A DNA stretch of 64,000 nt, taken from contig JAFZIK010000016.1 of the NCBI GenBank assembly GCA_017554405.1, forward strand, positions 2,699 through 66,698. The letters run 5' to 3'. This document shows, piece after piece, positions 37,185 through 46,715 of this stretch. The position numbers and the translations under genes are program-made. Numbering within the stretch: the stretch's first letter is position 1; each line of letters opens with the position of its first letter. The stretch is from Clostridia bacterium (GTDB lineage Bacteria > Bacillota > Clostridia > Oscillospirales > Acutalibacteraceae). Under the pieces are notes generated by a model. That model saw only the letters and a program-made list of their open reading frames with translations, was not told the DNA's origin and made no database searches.

Positions 37185-37956
37185 TTACGGGTTCCTCCTC
37201 CTCACTTACACGTATCTCCGCGGTGGAGTCACTCTGCGAGCCGAAAATGGTATAGTTGCCCCTGCCCTCGAGCTTTTTCTCGATAAAGCGCAGAATCCGG
37301 GTTATCGTAAAGGTCAGGCAGAAGTATATCGCACAGGCGATAAGATAACTTGCAAAGATCTTATAGCTGTTTCTCGCCGCCGACTGGGCATAAAAGTATA
37401 GCTCGGTAACGCCTATAACGTTGAGCACCGAGGTATCCTTTATGTTTACCACGAACTCGTTTGAAACGGCGGGCAGGATATTGCGCATTACCTGAGGGAT
37501 AATGATATGAAGCATTGTGGAAAAATGCGACATTCCTATACTCATGGCGCCCTCGAACTGACCGCGGTCTATCGAAATGATACCGCCGCGGACGATCTCG
37601 GTGATATAGGCACCCGTATTTATCGAAACAATGGCAATGCCCGCCGGAATGAGCGGCAGTGAATCACCGCCGCTCAAATAAGCGTAGCCCCAGTATATTA
37701 TCATCGCCTGAACCATCATAGGAGTGCCTCTGAACACCTCAACGTAAGCGTTGATTATCCAGTTAACGACCCTCATGATCGCCCTTAGAATAATGTTTTT
37801 GGGCTTTGGCATGGTTCGGATGATACCGTTAAAAAGACCGATTATAAGACCGATAAGCGTGCCTGCGATCGATATCAGAACGGTATTCCAGATACCGCTT
37901 ACGATCTGGTTGCCGTATTTGGTCCAGACCTTTGAAATATCATTAAAAAGTGGCAT
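37177..37956 (-). CDS. Polar amino-acid ABC transporter permease
   Basis: His/Glu/Gln/Arg-type permease, including the EAA-loop region ([26 protein letters not shown]). Confidence 0.85.
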   Translation of the reverse strand: MPLFNDISKVWTKYGNQIVSGIWNTVLISIAGTLIGLIIGLFNGIIRTMPKPKNIILRAIMRVVNWIINAYVEVFRGTPMMVQAMIIYWGYAYLSGGDSLPLIPAGIAIVSINTGAYITEIVRGGIISIDRGQFEGAMSIGMSHFSTMLHIIIPQVMRNILPAVSNEFVVNIKDTSVLNVIGVTELYFYAQSAARNSYKIFASYLIACAIYFCLTFTITRILRFIEKKLEGRGNYTIFGSQSDSTAEIRVSEEEEPVNA

Positions 37957-37991
37957 TTAAAATCCCCTGATTTTCCTGTTTTGCTTGAATA

Positions 37992-38813
37992 TTACTCTTC
38001 AGGCGCTATTTCGACCATGGTTTTCATTATGGCGCTGCGCTCTTCAAGAGAGATCGCGTCGATAGCCGCGGAAACGTCGTTCTTTATGGATGAATCCTTG
38101 CGAAGACCAACGGCGATCGCGGTATCGTCCTCAGAGCAGGAGAAACCGGTATCGTTGTTTACAAGCGGAACGTAGGTGAGACTGTTGTTGCTGCCGCAAA
38201 CCTGGAAGGCGGTCGGCTCTTCGGCTATATAGCCGTCGATCGTGCCGGCGGTAACCGCGGTATAAAGCATTGTAAAGTCCTTCATTACCGTGCCGTTAAC
38301 GTTCTCTATCTGATTCATGGCGTCGGCGTGGAAGGTGCCGTCCTGCGCAGCTATCTTGGCGCCCGCGAAATCGGCAAGGGTCTTGGCGGAAGCGTAGGCG
38401 CTGTCCTTCCTTGTTATGATAACAAGGTTGGAAATGTAATAGTTCGAAGAAAAGTCAATGGTTTCTTTTCTTTCGGCGGTCGGGCTCATACCCGCGATAA
38501 TGCAATCGAGCGTCTTTGTATCAACAGCCGGGATAAGAGCATCCCACTCGTATGCGTAAACCTCGAGCTCGAGGCCTAACTTATCGGCTATCTTCTTGGC
38601 TACCTGAACGTCGTAACCGTTGGCATAGCCTTCCGCGTTGGCGATCTTCACCGCGCCGTTGCTGTCGTCCGCCTGAGTCCAGTTAAACGGAGCGTAAGCA
38701 CATTCCATACCTACCTTGAGCTTACCCTTGCTGCCATTGTTGCCTCCGCACGCGCAAAGGCTTAAAATAAGAGCCAGCACCGCAATGATCGAAATAATCT
38801 TTTTCATCTTCAT
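37992..38813 (-). CDS. Amino-acid ABC transporter substrate-binding lipoprotein (family 3)
   Basis: A lipobox (LSLCAC-GG) and an SBP_bac_3-like fold. It is the first gene after the lysine riboswitch. ATG 38813 or 38807 follows the RBS AGGAGA. Confidence 0.85.
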   Translation of the reverse strand: MKMKKIISIIAVLALILSLCACGGNNGSKGKLKVGMECAYAPFNWTQADDSNGAVKIANAEGYANGYDVQVAKKIADKLGLELEVYAYEWDALIPAVDTKTLDCIIAGMSPTAERKETIDFSSNYYISNLVIITRKDSAYASAKTLADFAGAKIAAQDGTFHADAMNQIENVNGTVMKDFTMLYTAVTAGTIDGYIAEEPTAFQVCGSNNSLTYVPLVNNDTGFSCSEDDTAIAVGLRKDSSIKNDVSAAIDAISLEERSAIMKTMVEIAPEE

Positions 38814-38828
38814 CAATCTCCTTTTCTA

Positions 38829-38865
38829 AATCAAAACCGCCTGTGAAAAGAGCATCACAGGCGGT
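38829..38865 (-). terminator. Riboswitch expression-platform terminator
   Basis: On the minus strand: ACCGCCTGTGA, a loop, TCACAGGCGGT, then TTTTGATTT. It lies immediately upstream of the RBS of the first SBP gene. Confidence 0.8.
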
Positions 38866-38881
38866 AAAATTTATTTCCATG

Positions 38882-39041
38882 CGATAGCTCTCCGCAAAAC
38901 GCGACAGTCCGGCGGGTGTTACCCGACAGCCCAGATAAACAGGTTTAAGGCGTTACCTGCCTATCTTCGGCGGCGTTTCCTTTCACATAAAACCGATTGC
39001 CTTTAAAGTCTTATGCTACTGATAAAAGCCGCGCCTCTATC
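38882..39041 (-). promoter_or_regulatory. Lysine riboswitch (L-box)
   Basis: The minus-strand RNA reads GAUAGAGGCGCGGCUUUUAUCAGUAGC...GUGAAAGGAAACGCCGCCGAAG...UAUCUGGGCUGUCGGG...GGACUGUCGCG...GAGCUAUC. These match the conserved L-box blocks I recall from the B. subtilis lysC leader (AGAGGYGC, AGUA, GAAAGG..CGCCGAAG, CUGG, CUGUC). P1 forms from GAUAG and CUAUC. Confidence 0.85.
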
Positions 39042-39065
39042 AAAAACGATTTTTAATTTGGCATT

Positions 39066-39094
39066 ATTATTGCACATAAGCGAGCATTTGTCAA
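39066..39094 (-). promoter_or_regulatory. Sigma-A promoter driving the L-box / ABC operon
   Basis: On the minus strand: TTGACA (39094-39089), a 17-nt spacer, then TGcAATAAT (extended -10, 39074-39066). It lies about 25 nt upstream of the aptamer. Confidence 0.6.
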
Positions 39095-39196
39095 CAGTTT
39101 TGTGATTTTTCTTGGTTTTTAATAAAAATTTTGAAACTCCCGGCGGAAAATTATTCAAAAAACACATACTTTGCGCATTTTTGCCGCTTAAAACTC

Positions 39197-39225
39197 TTGC
39201 ATATTATATATAACTATGTTATAAT
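39197..39225 (+). promoter_or_regulatory. Sigma-A promoter of the glycan locus
   Basis: TTGCAT (39197-39202), a 17-nt spacer, then TATAAT (39220-39225). It sits in an AT-rich 490-bp intergenic region, 78 nt upstream of the first GT gene. Confidence 0.6.
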
Positions 39226-39303
39226 ACATAATTGCGTTAGAGTGCGTTCTTATCCTTTTGTGATAATTTGATGCCTGCACATTAACCCGAAGGTGTTGAC
39301 TTT

Positions 39304-40494
39304 ATGAAGATTTTAGTCGTGTGTCAATATTATTCACCAGAACCTTTCCGTCACCCCGACATTTGCGAGGAACTCGCGCGCCGGGGTCATGAGGTTTTTG
39401 TCGTTACGGGCACACCTAACTATCCCATGGGTAAAACTTACCCGGGTTACGAAAAAGGGAAAAGGCAAGATGAAATCATAAACGGCGTAAAAATCCACAG
39501 ATGCTACACCATCCCCCGAAAAAACAATGCTTTTTTCAGAATACTCAACTATTACAGTTACGTCTTTTCTTCAAAGCGCTACATAAGTCGCATTAAGGAA
39601 AAATTCGACGTTGTATACGTCCACCAGCTGTCCCCCGTAATAATGGCTGAAGCGGCGATAAAGTATAAAACAAAGCACAACGTTCCGATGATACTTTACT
39701 GTTTGGATCTTTGGCCGGAGAGCATGGTAATGGGCGGTATAAAGCCGGGAAACCCGGTTTACAAGATCCTGCATCGTGTTTCGGAGAAGATATATAAATC
39801 GGCGGACAAAGTTTTAGTATCGAGTGAATCATTTTCGGAATACTTTGCCAGAGAATTCAATATAACCGATACTTGCTACCTTCCGCAATATGCCGAAGAA
39901 GTATTAACACCCGATAATTGCGCCAAAACCCCTGACGGCAAAACGGATCTTATGTTTGCAGGCAACGTCGGCACAGCACAGGATGTTGACACAATAATAA
40001 ACGCGGCACGGTTACTGTTAAATGTTAAGAATCTACAGATACATATAGTGGGTGACGGCTCAGAATTAAACCGAATTAAAGATATGGCGGCTGATTTGCC
40101 GAACGTTATATTCCACGGAAGGCACCCTATTGATGAAATGCCACGGTATTATTCTATGGCGGACGCGATGCTGGTGACGCTTAAAAGCGGTCCGCTGAAC
40201 CTCACACTGCCCGGCAAAGTTCAGTCCTGCCTTGCCGCCGGCAAACCGATAATCGCCGCGGCAGACGGGGAAACTGCGAATTTAATAGCATCGGCGAAAT
40301 GCGGATTCTGCTCGCCTGCCGGTAATGCCGATTTACTCGCAGAAAACATAAAAAGATTTATGGCATCAGATCATGAAGAGCTTAAAAAGCGCGCAAAAGA
40401 TTATTACTGCGAACATTTTCGCGGATCCACATCCGCTGCGGAGTTAGAAAAGGTTTTTGAGGAACAAATATCATTTAAAACGGTGAAACGATGA
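39304..40494 (+). CDS. GT4 glycosyltransferase, WbuB/WcaI-like
   Basis: The N-terminus MKILVVCQYYSPEPF...RGHEVFVVTGTPNYPMGK is typical of the WbuB/WcaI subgroup. RBS GAAGGTG. Confidence 0.8.
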   Translation: MKILVVCQYYSPEPFRHPDICEELARRGHEVFVVTGTPNYPMGKTYPGYEKGKRQDEIINGVKIHRCYTIPRKNNAFFRILNYYSYVFSSKRYISRIKEKFDVVYVHQLSPVIMAEAAIKYKTKHNVPMILYCLDLWPESMVMGGIKPGNPVYKILHRVSEKIYKSADKVLVSSESFSEYFAREFNITDTCYLPQYAEEVLTPDNCAKTPDGKTDLMFAGNVGTAQDVDTIINAARLLLNVKNLQIHIVGDGSELNRIKDMAADLPNVIFHGRHPIDEMPRYYSMADAMLVTLKSGPLNLTLPGKVQSCLAAGKPIIAAADGETANLIASAKCGFCSPAGNADLLAENIKRFMASDHEELKKRAKDYYCEHFRGSTSAAELEKVFEEQISFKTVKR

Positions 40495-41117
40495 GAGTAT
40501 CTTTTTTCATTTCAAAACTATTTAAAAAACTACACTTGCCTGCAATTAAGAATTCAACAATCGATAAAAAATCAAAAATATGCCCCGGCGCCCATTTAGT
40601 AAATACAAACGTAGACAAATATTCTTACATAGGCAATTTTTCAACCGTCATCAACTGTAATATAGGCTCCTTTTGTTCAATTGCAGATAATTGTTTGATC
40701 GGCAGTATGGCACATCCTACCGATTGGGTGTCTTCCTCACCTGTTATGTATGCCGGAAAAAACTGTTTGAAAACGAATTTTTCAAAAAAAGTTTTTGTGG
40801 AATCGCAAAAATCATCCGTAGGAAATGACGTTTGGATCGGTGACGGAGTAAAGATCAAGGCGGGCATCACTATTGGTGACGGTGCAATTATCGGAATGGG
40901 GAGTGTTGTTACACACGATGTTCCCCCATACGAAATATGGGCGGGCAACCCCGCCAAACTTATAAGAAAACGGTTTGACGATGAAACAATAGAAAGATTG
41001 TTAAAATCAAAATGGTGGGATTTAAGCTACGGTGAGCTTCTCGAGCTCGGTGATTGTTTTGACAATGTGAAAATGTTTTTAGATAAAATTGACGAACGGA
41101 AAAGCAGAGAAGCATGA
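40491..41117 (+). CDS. Hexapeptide-repeat O-acetyltransferase (XAT/CatB-like)
   Basis: Left-handed beta-helix repeats (VWIGDGVKIKAGITIGDGAIIGMGSVVTHDVPPYEIWAGNPAK). ATGA overlap with the upstream GT. Confidence 0.8.
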   Translation: MRVSFFISKLFKKLHLPAIKNSTIDKKSKICPGAHLVNTNVDKYSYIGNFSTVINCNIGSFCSIADNCLIGSMAHPTDWVSSSPVMYAGKNCLKTNFSKKVFVESQKSSVGNDVWIGDGVKIKAGITIGDGAIIGMGSVVTHDVPPYEIWAGNPAKLIRKRFDDETIERLLKSKWWDLSYGELLELGDCFDNVKMFLDKIDERKSREA

Positions 41118-42202
41118 AAAAAGTCCTTATACTGTCGATCTACCCGGCACCATATAGAGTAGAACTCTTTGAAGAATTAAAGCGGGAATTCAATACCAAC
41201 GTGTTTTTTGAATCATTTGGCGGCGATTTTAGAGAAACCGAATGGTTTTCTAAAGGTAATTACCATTTGATCGATACCGATGAAGGGCTTAAAACATTCA
41301 CGTCCTCAATCAAAAGCATTAAATCATATAGCCTTGTCGCATTTTACGATTTTACAACAAACACTTCTATAAAACTCATTCTGAAATGCATTTTCAAAAA
41401 AATCCCATATACCGTAAACTGCGATGGAGTAATGATGTCGCCACACGGTAACCCTGTTTCCGATTTAATAAAAAAGTTTTTAGTGTCGCATGCTTCAGCA
41501 TGTTTTGCCAGCGGAGAAAGCGCAAAGAAATACTTTTTGAGATACGGTGCAAAGGAAAAAAATATCCATATTCACACCTTTTCCACACTCCATAGCTGCG
41601 ATATCTCAGAAAGACCGCAGACCGCCGCGGAAAAATCCGCTTTACGCAAAAAACTAGGCTTGCCGGATGATAAATTTATTTCAATAGCGGTAGGCAGGTT
41701 TATCCCGCTCAAGCGCTATAATGAGTTTATAACCGAATGGCGTAATATGCCGGAAACTCATCTGCTTTTACTTGTCGGCAGCGGTCCTGAAGAAGAAAAA
41801 TACCGAAAAACCATATCGGACAGCCACATCAAAAATGTAATTATCGAAGGGTTCCATCCGAAAGAAGAACTGTTTGAGTTTTATAAGGCGTCAGACCTCT
41901 TTGTGCATCCCACAAGTTACGACGTTTGGGGTTTAGTTGTTAATGAAGCTTTGGCGTGCGGATTGCCGGTTGTGTCGTCAGACCACTGCGTTTCCGCGCT
42001 GGAATTGATAGTTGACGGCAAAAACGGATACAAAGTTCCTATGGGCGATGATGCGCTTATGTGCGAAAGGATACGATCGATTTCCGCAGACAAAGAACTA
42101 TATGAAAATATGGGTTCTGCCGCGATCGAAACGATAAAGGACTATACTGTTGAAAATATGGCTGAAAAACACGCTTGTGTTTTCAAAACGCTATTAAAAT
42201 AA
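41114..42202 (+). CDS. GT4 glycosyltransferase
   Basis: C-terminal GT-B motif (YDVWGLVVNEALACGLPVV...DGKNG). ATGA overlap with the upstream gene. Confidence 0.75.
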   Translation: MKKVLILSIYPAPYRVELFEELKREFNTNVFFESFGGDFRETEWFSKGNYHLIDTDEGLKTFTSSIKSIKSYSLVAFYDFTTNTSIKLILKCIFKKIPYTVNCDGVMMSPHGNPVSDLIKKFLVSHASACFASGESAKKYFLRYGAKEKNIHIHTFSTLHSCDISERPQTAAEKSALRKKLGLPDDKFISIAVGRFIPLKRYNEFITEWRNMPETHLLLLVGSGPEEEKYRKTISDSHIKNVIIEGFHPKEELFEFYKASDLFVHPTSYDVWGLVVNEALACGLPVVSSDHCVSALELIVDGKNGYKVPMGDDALMCERIRSISADKELYENMGSAAIETIKDYTVENMAEKHACVFKTLLK

Positions 42203-42231
42203 ACTTCGATACTGTTCAAGAGGTGCTGTAG

Positions 42232-43557
42232 ATGAGTATCTATAATGATTTAAAATCGGGAACGAAAAAACTTTCACTCATCGGTCTCGGTTACGTTGGC
42301 ATGCCGATCGCTGTTGCCTTTGCGAAAAAGGGAATAAAAGTGATCGGTTTTGATCTAAACAAGGCTAAAATCGACCTTTATAAGTCGGGTGTTGACCCGA
42401 CGAAAGAAGTCGGCGACGACGTTATAAAAGCCACAACGGTTGAATTTACAGCGGATGAAAGTCGCCTTAAAGAAGCGTCTTTCCATATCGTAGCAGTTCC
42501 CACACCCGTAAACGCAGACCACACTCCCGACCTTACGCCTGTTATCGGCGCATCGGAGATCGTGGGACGCAATCTGACTAAAGGCTCAATCGTCGTTTAT
42601 GAATCGACCGTTTATCCGGGCGTTACCGAAGACGTTTGCATACCGATACTTGAAAAGCAGTCCGGTCTTAAATGCGGCGTGGATTTCAAAATCGGGTATT
42701 CCCCCGAAAGGATAAATCCCGGCGACAAGGTCCACCGCCTCGAAAACATACATAAGATCGTTTCGGGTATGGACGAAGAATCGCTTGAAGAGATCAAAAA
42801 CGTTTACGACCTTGTTATTGAGGTGGGAACGTATCCTGTATCGACCATAAAAACCGCCGAGGCGGTCAAGGTGGTTGAAAACAGCCAGAGAGATATAAAT
42901 ATTGCCTTTATGAACGAGCTTGCAATGGTATTCGATCGTATGGGTATAGATACCAACGAGGTAGTTGACGGTATGAATACCAAGTGGAACGCGCTCGGTT
43001 TCCGTCCCGGCCTTGTAGGCGGGCACTGCATAGGCGTTGACCCGTATTACTTTACCTACGAAGCGGAAAAACTCGGCTACCACAGCCAGATAATACTTAA
43101 CGGACGGATCGTTAACGACGGCATGGGCAAATACATCGCCGACGCCGCGATCAAAAAGATGATAGAAGCGGGACAGGCTCCCAAAAAATCAAAAGTGGCG
43201 ATCTTAGGCCTTACTTTCAAGGAGAATTGCCCGGATACCCGCAACAGCAAGGTAGCCGATATTATCGAAAGATTAAAAGAATATGGCATAGATCCCGTTG
43301 TCGCCGATCCGTGGGCGAGCGAAAGAGACGCTATGCATGAATACGGCGTTACGCTCACGCCGCTTTCTGGTATAAAAGATATTGACTGCCTTATCGTAGC
43401 GGTAGCACACAACGAATTCAAGGCTCTTGATTTAGCGGATATCAAAAAGCTTTACAAAGCTTCGCTCGGCGATGAGCAAAAGGTTCTTATTGACGTAAAA
43501 GGTCTGTATGACGTTTCCCTTCTTGTAAAATCAGGCTTAAGTTATTGGAGGCTGTGA
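42232..43557 (+). CDS. UDP-N-acetyl-hexosamine 6-dehydrogenase (TviB/WbpO/CapO family nucleotide-sugar dehydrogenase)
   Basis: Rossmann N-terminus LSLIGLGYVGMPIAVAFAKKGIKVIGFDLN, a catalytic-Cys region (GLVGGHCIGVDPYY) and a C-terminal UDP-binding domain. Confidence 0.85.
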   Translation: MSIYNDLKSGTKKLSLIGLGYVGMPIAVAFAKKGIKVIGFDLNKAKIDLYKSGVDPTKEVGDDVIKATTVEFTADESRLKEASFHIVAVPTPVNADHTPDLTPVIGASEIVGRNLTKGSIVVYESTVYPGVTEDVCIPILEKQSGLKCGVDFKIGYSPERINPGDKVHRLENIHKIVSGMDEESLEEIKNVYDLVIEVGTYPVSTIKTAEAVKVVENSQRDINIAFMNELAMVFDRMGIDTNEVVDGMNTKWNALGFRPGLVGGHCIGVDPYYFTYEAEKLGYHSQIILNGRIVNDGMGKYIADAAIKKMIEAGQAPKKSKVAILGLTFKENCPDTRNSKVADIIERLKEYGIDPVVADPWASERDAMHEYGVTLTPLSGIKDIDCLIVAVAHNEFKALDLADIKKLYKASLGDEQKVLIDVKGLYDVSLLVKSGLSYWRL

Positions 43558-43559
43558 CC

Positions 43560-44315
43560 GTGCCGGAAACGCAGATTATAATCAACGCTGATGATTTCGG
43601 TCTCTCGGACAATGTGAACCGCGCTATCGTATCGGCATTTGAAAACGGCCTTATAAGCGATACCACTATGATGGCAAACGGCAGTGCTTTTGACGAGGCG
43701 GTTACCCTTGCAAAAGAAAACGGGTTTGCCGACAAAGTAGGCATACATTTTAACCTCACCGAAGGCGCGCCGCTGACAGAAGATATCAGGAATTGCCCCG
43801 CTTTTTGCGAAAACGGAGTTTTTCATAATCATATCAACCGTTTAAAACCGCTTAATAGTGTTGAAAAAGCGTCTGTATTCAAAGAACTTTCCGCACAGGC
43901 GGCAAAAATCAAGGCGGCAGGGCTTAAAATAGACCACGCCGATTCGCATCATCATATACACACGGCGATATTTATAGCGCCGATCGTATTTAAGGTTTGT
44001 AAGGAATTCGGCATTGAAAAAATACGCATCCACCGCAATACGGGAAGTATCCCGGCATACAAAAAGGTAATAAAGAATCTCTACAACAAAAACTTACGAA
44101 AAAAAGGCTTTATAACCACCGGTTATTTCGGCAGCCTTGATGATATAGGCGAAGTCCTGCCGGAAAATCTTGAGATAATGGTTCATCCCGATTTTGATAA
44201 AGACGGCGCGCTGATCGACCGCAGAGAGGTTATCGACGGCATTCCGGCCGGCATTCCGCTTTACAGCATACCGGACAAGTATAACATAACGCTTAAATCT
44301 TACGGTGATCTATAA
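43560..44315 (+). CDS. YdjC/ChbG-family carbohydrate deacetylase
   Basis: Family signature IINADDFGLSDNVNRAI...G.ISDTTMMANG, plus HADSHHHIH. I prefer GTG 43560, 8 nt after GGAGG. The track start is TTG 43545. Confidence 0.7.
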   Translation: MPETQIIINADDFGLSDNVNRAIVSAFENGLISDTTMMANGSAFDEAVTLAKENGFADKVGIHFNLTEGAPLTEDIRNCPAFCENGVFHNHINRLKPLNSVEKASVFKELSAQAAKIKAAGLKIDHADSHHHIHTAIFIAPIVFKVCKEFGIEKIRIHRNTGSIPAYKKVIKNLYNKNLRKKGFITTGYFGSLDDIGEVLPENLEIMVHPDFDKDGALIDRREVIDGIPAGIPLYSIPDKYNITLKSYGDL

Positions 44316-45496
44316 TGAAGATACTTTACGGTTATTCCAACTGCACCGATAAAAAGTATAGCGAACTGATGGACGGAAAAAACGTTTCCATCCTTCGCCC
44401 GGATCAGAAATACCACGGGTTGCTTATTAAAGGGCTTGCCGCAAACGGCGCGGAAGTAAGGTGCTTTTCGGGGCTTCCAATAAATCGCTCACTTACAAAG
44501 AAAGTTTTTATTCACGAAAAGGACGAGCAGGAAGACGGCGTTTATTACCATTACATCAATACCGTTAATTTACCGCTGTTAAGACAGCTTACTGTGTTTT
44601 TCGGTTCGTTCTTCGGCGCGCTTAGGGCAAAAAAGACTAATGACACATACATTGTTTGCGATTGCCTTAATATAGCAAACGCCTACGGCATGATGCTGGC
44701 GGGCAAATTAAGAAAAATACCGGTTATAACGATTGTTACCGATCTGCCTGATATGATGTCCCAGGGCGGTATCGCGCGGCGGATCAACAACAGATTTTTC
44801 GGGGCGGTTGACGGTTTTATAATGCTCACGGAACAAATGAACAGCCGTATAAACCATAAAGCCAAACCGCACATTGTGCTTGAAGGACACGTTGACAGCA
44901 GTCTCAGCGAAGCGGATGCGGCTGAAAAATCCGAGGCGAAAACCGGTGACAGTATAATAATATACGCCGGCGGTATAAACAAAAAATACGGCATTAAAGA
45001 CCTTGTTGAAGGTTTTATCCTGGCGTGTATTCCGGATTCTCAGCTGCATATTTACGGCGACGGTGACTTCCGGGAAGAACTTATGTCGCTCTCGGAAAAG
45101 CATCCAAACGTTAAATATATGGGCATAAAGAGCAACGAGGAGATCGTGGCAGAGGAGCAAAGAGCCTCACTTCTCGTAAATCCGCGGCCCACCGCGCCGG
45201 AGTATACCAAGTATTCTTTCCCGTCCAAAAATATGGAATATATGGTATCGGGCACACCGCTTCTTACCACAAAACTCCCGGGGATGCCGGAAGAATACTA
45301 CCCTTACGTTTATCTGTTAGAAGATGAAACGCCCTTAGGCATTTCCGACTCGCTCAGAAGCATATTTTCACTCTCTTTGGAAGAAAGAGACCAAAAAGGC
45401 GCGGCGGCGCGCAGATTTGTTCTTGAAAACAAATCCAATATTAAGCAGGCAAATAAAATCACTGAATTTTTAAGGAACGAATTTGGTAATGACTAA
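44315..45496 (+). CDS. GT4 glycosyltransferase
   Basis: GT-B C-terminal motif (FPSKNMEYMVSGTPLLTTKLPGMPEEY). TAATG overlap with the upstream gene. Confidence 0.7.
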   Translation: MKILYGYSNCTDKKYSELMDGKNVSILRPDQKYHGLLIKGLAANGAEVRCFSGLPINRSLTKKVFIHEKDEQEDGVYYHYINTVNLPLLRQLTVFFGSFFGALRAKKTNDTYIVCDCLNIANAYGMMLAGKLRKIPVITIVTDLPDMMSQGGIARRINNRFFGAVDGFIMLTEQMNSRINHKAKPHIVLEGHVDSSLSEADAAEKSEAKTGDSIIIYAGGINKKYGIKDLVEGFILACIPDSQLHIYGDGDFREELMSLSEKHPNVKYMGIKSNEEIVAEEQRASLLVNPRPTAPEYTKYSFPSKNMEYMVSGTPLLTTKLPGMPEEYYPYVYLLEDETPLGISDSLRSIFSLSLEERDQKGAAARRFVLENKSNIKQANKITEFLRNEFGND

Positions 45497-46715
45497 AAAA
45501 CTTTTAAACCCCATAACGCTGGCAACGATCGTTGTAATACTGTATTCTGTCTTACCGATACTGTCGGTTTTTATAAGCACTTACATTACCACCTACGCAT
45601 ATATGCTGCTGGTGACGTTTCTGCTTGGGTTTATACTTCTTACCGGCGGACTTGAGAGACTGGGTCTCATGCTATTCTTCGCTACTCCGATGATCGTGTA
45701 TGTTATCTGCTCTTTTTTTGTAAAAAAGGATACGCTGCTAATTTGGGGTTACCAAAGTATGCTTTTTATTATGCCGGTGATCCTCGGATATTATTATAAC
45801 GAATACAAGCCGGAAAATCTTTCGTTGTTCTCAAAAATACTGATGGCGGGCATTGCCATTACGGCAGTAACCACAATAGTAGGTCTCGTTCAGTTTCCTC
45901 AGGCTGCCAGAATACTTGCGACGATAGCCGAATCAGACAACGCTGAAAACATAAAATACGGTTGGCACAACATCGGCGGTTACAACTTTGTTTATATATG
46001 TGTTCTTATGTACCCGATGCTGATACTTGCGTATAAACTCAGGCGGATAAACCGCATCGTTTTTCTTACAGCATTTTCGACACTTTTTGTCCTTGTAATA
46101 CTTTCTGAGTATACCATAGCACTGATTTTATTGTCTATTACTTCCATTCTGTTTTTTGCGGGCAAAAAACTTAGCGAAAGGCAACTGTTAATCTTCGGCG
46201 TTGTTTTTTTCATAGCCCTGTTCGTATTTTGGGACGTATTCAGCAATTTTCTTTTATGGCTAGCAGATGTTTTGAACAGTGACGTGCTTACCGAACGGCT
46301 TACCGCGCTGGCAAACGGTTTTGCCGGACTTGAAAAATCCGAAAGTAACCGTATTGAACTTTACCGGATGTCGTTGGAAGGTTTTGCGGCAAGCCCGCTT
46401 TTCGGAAGGATTATCGGTGAATACAGCGTCTTCGGCGGGCATTCCTTTATACTTGATTCGCTCGCGCAATACGGCATATTGGGCGGTATGGCTATTGTAT
46501 TTGTTTATCGGAATATCTACCGTTGGTTCTTTAAGCCCTTTAAGTCAAGTCCCGGTTACGGCTATGTGCTATGGTCGTTTGTTCAGGCAATCATTTTGTC
46601 AACCGTAAACACCGGTATGTGGCTTGAAGTATTAGCGTTCTTTATTCCGGCAACACTATTTTTGATTCACAAACCCGACAGTGAGGAAACTTATGAAGAT
46701 TCTATGGATAGTTAA
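45489..46715 (+). CDS. O-antigen polymerase/ligase-family (Wzy_C-type) polytopic membrane protein
   Basis: About 10 predicted TM segments. The periplasmic-loop motif NRIELYRMSLEGFAASPLFGRI...GGHSFILDSLAQYGILGG is typical of Wzy/WaaL-type proteins. Confidence 0.7.
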   Translation: MTKKLLNPITLATIVVILYSVLPILSVFISTYITTYAYMLLVTFLLGFILLTGGLERLGLMLFFATPMIVYVICSFFVKKDTLLIWGYQSMLFIMPVILGYYYNEYKPENLSLFSKILMAGIAITAVTTIVGLVQFPQAARILATIAESDNAENIKYGWHNIGGYNFVYICVLMYPMLILAYKLRRINRIVFLTAFSTLFVLVILSEYTIALILLSITSILFFAGKKLSERQLLIFGVVFFIALFVFWDVFSNFLLWLADVLNSDVLTERLTALANGFAGLEKSESNRIELYRMSLEGFAASPLFGRIIGEYSVFGGHSFILDSLAQYGILGGMAIVFVYRNIYRWFFKPFKSSPGYGYVLWSFVQAIILSTVNTGMWLEVLAFFIPATLFLIHKPDSEETYEDSMDS

